A DNA stretch of 64,000 nucleotides from Azolla caroliniana. Its lineage: Eukaryota > Plantae > Polypodiophyta. The first letter of the stretch is position 1. Each line of letters opens with the position of its first letter. Below are positions 61,504 to 64,000 of the stretch, piece after piece. The stretch covers positions 186,001 to 250,000 of the forward strand of contig JBHGNT010000009.1 of the NCBI GenBank assembly GCA_043228905.1, in the 5' to 3' direction. The position numbers and the translations under genes are program-made. The notes under the pieces are model-generated. The model made no database searches and was not told the origin of the DNA. It saw only the letters and a list, made by a program, of their open reading frames with translations.

Positions 61504-63821
61504 TTGGGCCCCTGACCCCAATTTCAAATGGCTGAGGAGAGGAGAAGCTACTCGATACTTGGGCTTCAAAATTGGTATGGACATCGAGTGAGTAGAACAC
61601 TACAATCTACTAGTGGACAAAATAAAAGCGAACCTAATATGGTGGAATGCAAAAAAACTATCCTTCGCGGGTAAGATTGTGATTGCAAATCAAATTCTAA
61701 TGGCCACCATATGGCATACTGCTGCATGTTGGATAATCGTGCCCAGGTCGATGAAATTGATAAAAAGGATTAGCAGAAATTTCTTATGGGGAAGCACAAA
61801 AGAAAAAACAAGCTCGTTCAAAGGTTGCTTGGAGCACACTTATAAAAGGGAAAAGTGAAGGCGGGGTGGGATTGATAGATCCCATGGTGTAAACAAAGGC
61901 CTTGCTAGGCAAATTGGTGGTCAGGAGCTTACAACCACCTGAGGCACCTTGGAAAATTCTATGGAAACGTGGATGGAAGATGTGGTTGCTGAAACAAGGT
62001 GACAGCTGGCCAAGCAGCCCCTTTTGGGGTTTTGTGCTAGAAATGCAACCCAAATATTGGGGAAGTATGCAGAGTCTACATGCTGTTGGAATTATGAAAG
62101 CATGGAAAGGAATCCAAAAGGGGATCACATGTAGGTGGAGAAGTGATGCATATACTCGAATGTACATGCTTCAAAAAGCATGTGGATGGGCTGATGATAG
62201 GACAAAAAACAAACTTCAAAAGGGCAAACTTAATCAATGCCCACTAATTAGAGATGTGGATGGGCTGATGATAGGATAAAAAGCAAGCTTCAAATGGGCT
62301 AACTCAATCAATGCCCAAGGGAATACATTAGTGGACTGGCAGAGATTTTTGTCTAATGATGTGGGCACTGGAAAGGCTAGAATATGGAGAATAAGCAAAG
62401 GTAAAGGCATGCTCAAGAGAATTACAAATGCCATTGCATGCAACATGCATACTTTGGAAGAGGAAGATATAATTACCTCTGAAACTGCATGGACAGGACT
62501 TATAGATGCTGATAATCGTGTAATTGGAATTAAGGGAGTGAAAGCAGAATCGAATGAAGCTTGCTACTACAAAATAGAGCACGAAATGGCAAGATGTGAA
62601 CAACCAACCTATCAAATTGAAAGGCCGATTAGGCTTATTGCAAAAAATGGAAAGTGTATGATTATTGACCCTAAGCCAAGGGAGATCACACCGATGACAA
62701 TGTGTTGGCCAATAGAATGACATTTGGATTAGCTATCATGGACCCTGCGATGTATTTCTGGAGAACTCAAGGACAAATTGAGAGGGCAAATATGGTTCAA
62801 TTTTTCAGGTACAACACGAAAATTTGGAGGCAAATTATTCTAGAACAAGAACACAACAAGATTGTAGCACATAAATTTTGGATACAGGAAGGCACTAGTG
62901 AAAGGAGACTAGATAAATTCTAGAAAATAATATGGCATGACAGTAATGACCGTAAGATAATGATGTGTTTATAGCTTATTGCGCATAAAGCCTTGCCGGT
63001 AGGGACGTGGGGTAAAGGCCCCAATGTAGACCCCAGATGTATTGCACGTGGACAGTTAGAAAACATTTCCCATTGTCTATGGGAATGTTGCGAGGCAACG
63101 ACTGTCTGGAAAAGGGCATTACATTTGCTTTGGTATGCCTCTAGTTCGTTCACCCTCAACTGGGGACATGCTTGTTGGAATTGTCTTGAGGATGATGTGG
63201 CGAAATATGATAGCACATGCAAAGCTATGTACAAAGGGGAGAATAGAATTGTTCAGCTGATCACTGACAATAGGGTACCGTAGTTATTACGTAGAAGCAA
63301 AACTTTTGAAGATCTATGGATGATGCTTGCACCCATTACCATATGGTGCATCCATGGACGACAAGGTGTACCAGGGTATTTTCAACAAACAAACACCCTC
63401 TAGTTGAATCAATTAAGTTAATATGGCACACAACAATAACTACATTGAGAGCTAAATATGAGTGGATTGATGGTACTAATGATGCTTCGGAATTAATGAG
63501 GTTGAATTTCAGAAAACATTGGTGTAATACACCGATGGCCACAACAAATGGAATGGATATACGATGGCAATATGTAGTACCCAATTGGTTATCCCCCCCT
63601 CCCATTAGTTGAAAGAGGGGTCTGAACGAGATGTCATGGGGGGTATTGAATGCAGGTGATGTGTATGAAAGTTTGGCTAGAGACCCATGCGAAAGTGTAA
63701 GATAAGTAAGTGAGTTCACTCATGAATGTTAGGATAGTTTAGGTAAGGCCTACCCGATAAAGGGATCTAAGTTGTGTATATTTTACTAATGGAGTATATT
63801 CTTTTTAGGTAGAAAAAAAAG
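61504..63821 (+). mobile_element. 5'-truncated L1-clade LINE (RT C-terminus, zinc-finger region, 3' UTR, poly(A)), pseudogenised
   Basis: TRYLGFKIG, KLSFAGKIVIANQILMATIWH, RNFLWG, C..RGQLENISHCLWEC, ending WQYVVPNWLSPPP. Poly(A) at 63813-63820; 18-bp TSD ACTTCATCCATAAGAAAA (61486-61503, 63822-63839). Several stops and frameshifts. Confidence 0.92.
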
Positions 63822-64000
63822 ACTTCATCCATAAGAAAAGAACATTTCAAATTCACTTTCATTGTTGTTGGTGGCATTGGACATCTCTTTAAGTTACTGA
63901 AGATTAAGTCCACTTTTACTCACAAAAACAAATCATTGCTAGTAGAGGTGATAACATTAGGTATCAAAGTCGCCAAAAAATGCAAACTTTTGTATTCCTA

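Noticed and set aside
61504-61612. Possible 5' inversion at the start of the L1
   Set aside because: The segment translates on the + strand as RT sequence (TRYLGFKIG) continuous with the rest, so it is a simple 5' truncation.

Overview
This is AT-rich (roughly 35% GC by eye) eukaryotic nuclear DNA from a land plant. The PPR motif style, intron sizes and TE landscape suggest a fern (inference). I could reconstruct five apparently intact genes by hand: a catalase (-, 492 aa), two tandem intronless PLS-type PPR genes (-), an STK16/NAK-family kinase (+, 340 aa) and a protein phosphatase inhibitor-2 (-, 185 aa). The most unusual locus is a class III HD-Zip-derived gene (+, 11307-13723). It keeps the homeodomain, leucine zipper and first four conserved introns, but has gained a ~228-aa Asn/Ser-rich N-terminus, has a degenerate miR165/166 site, and stops at the start of the START domain. 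There is also an orphan multi-membrane-span ORF (58274-59356) and a PPR pseudogene. Intergenic DNA and introns hold many TE relics: hAT-type MITEs with 8-bp TSDs, solo LTRs, 5'-truncated L1 LINEs with TSDs, RTEX/CR1-like LINE pieces and gypsy/copia fragments. No rRNA, tRNA or CRISPR array was seen. All coordinates and splice models were read by eye, without alignment tools.
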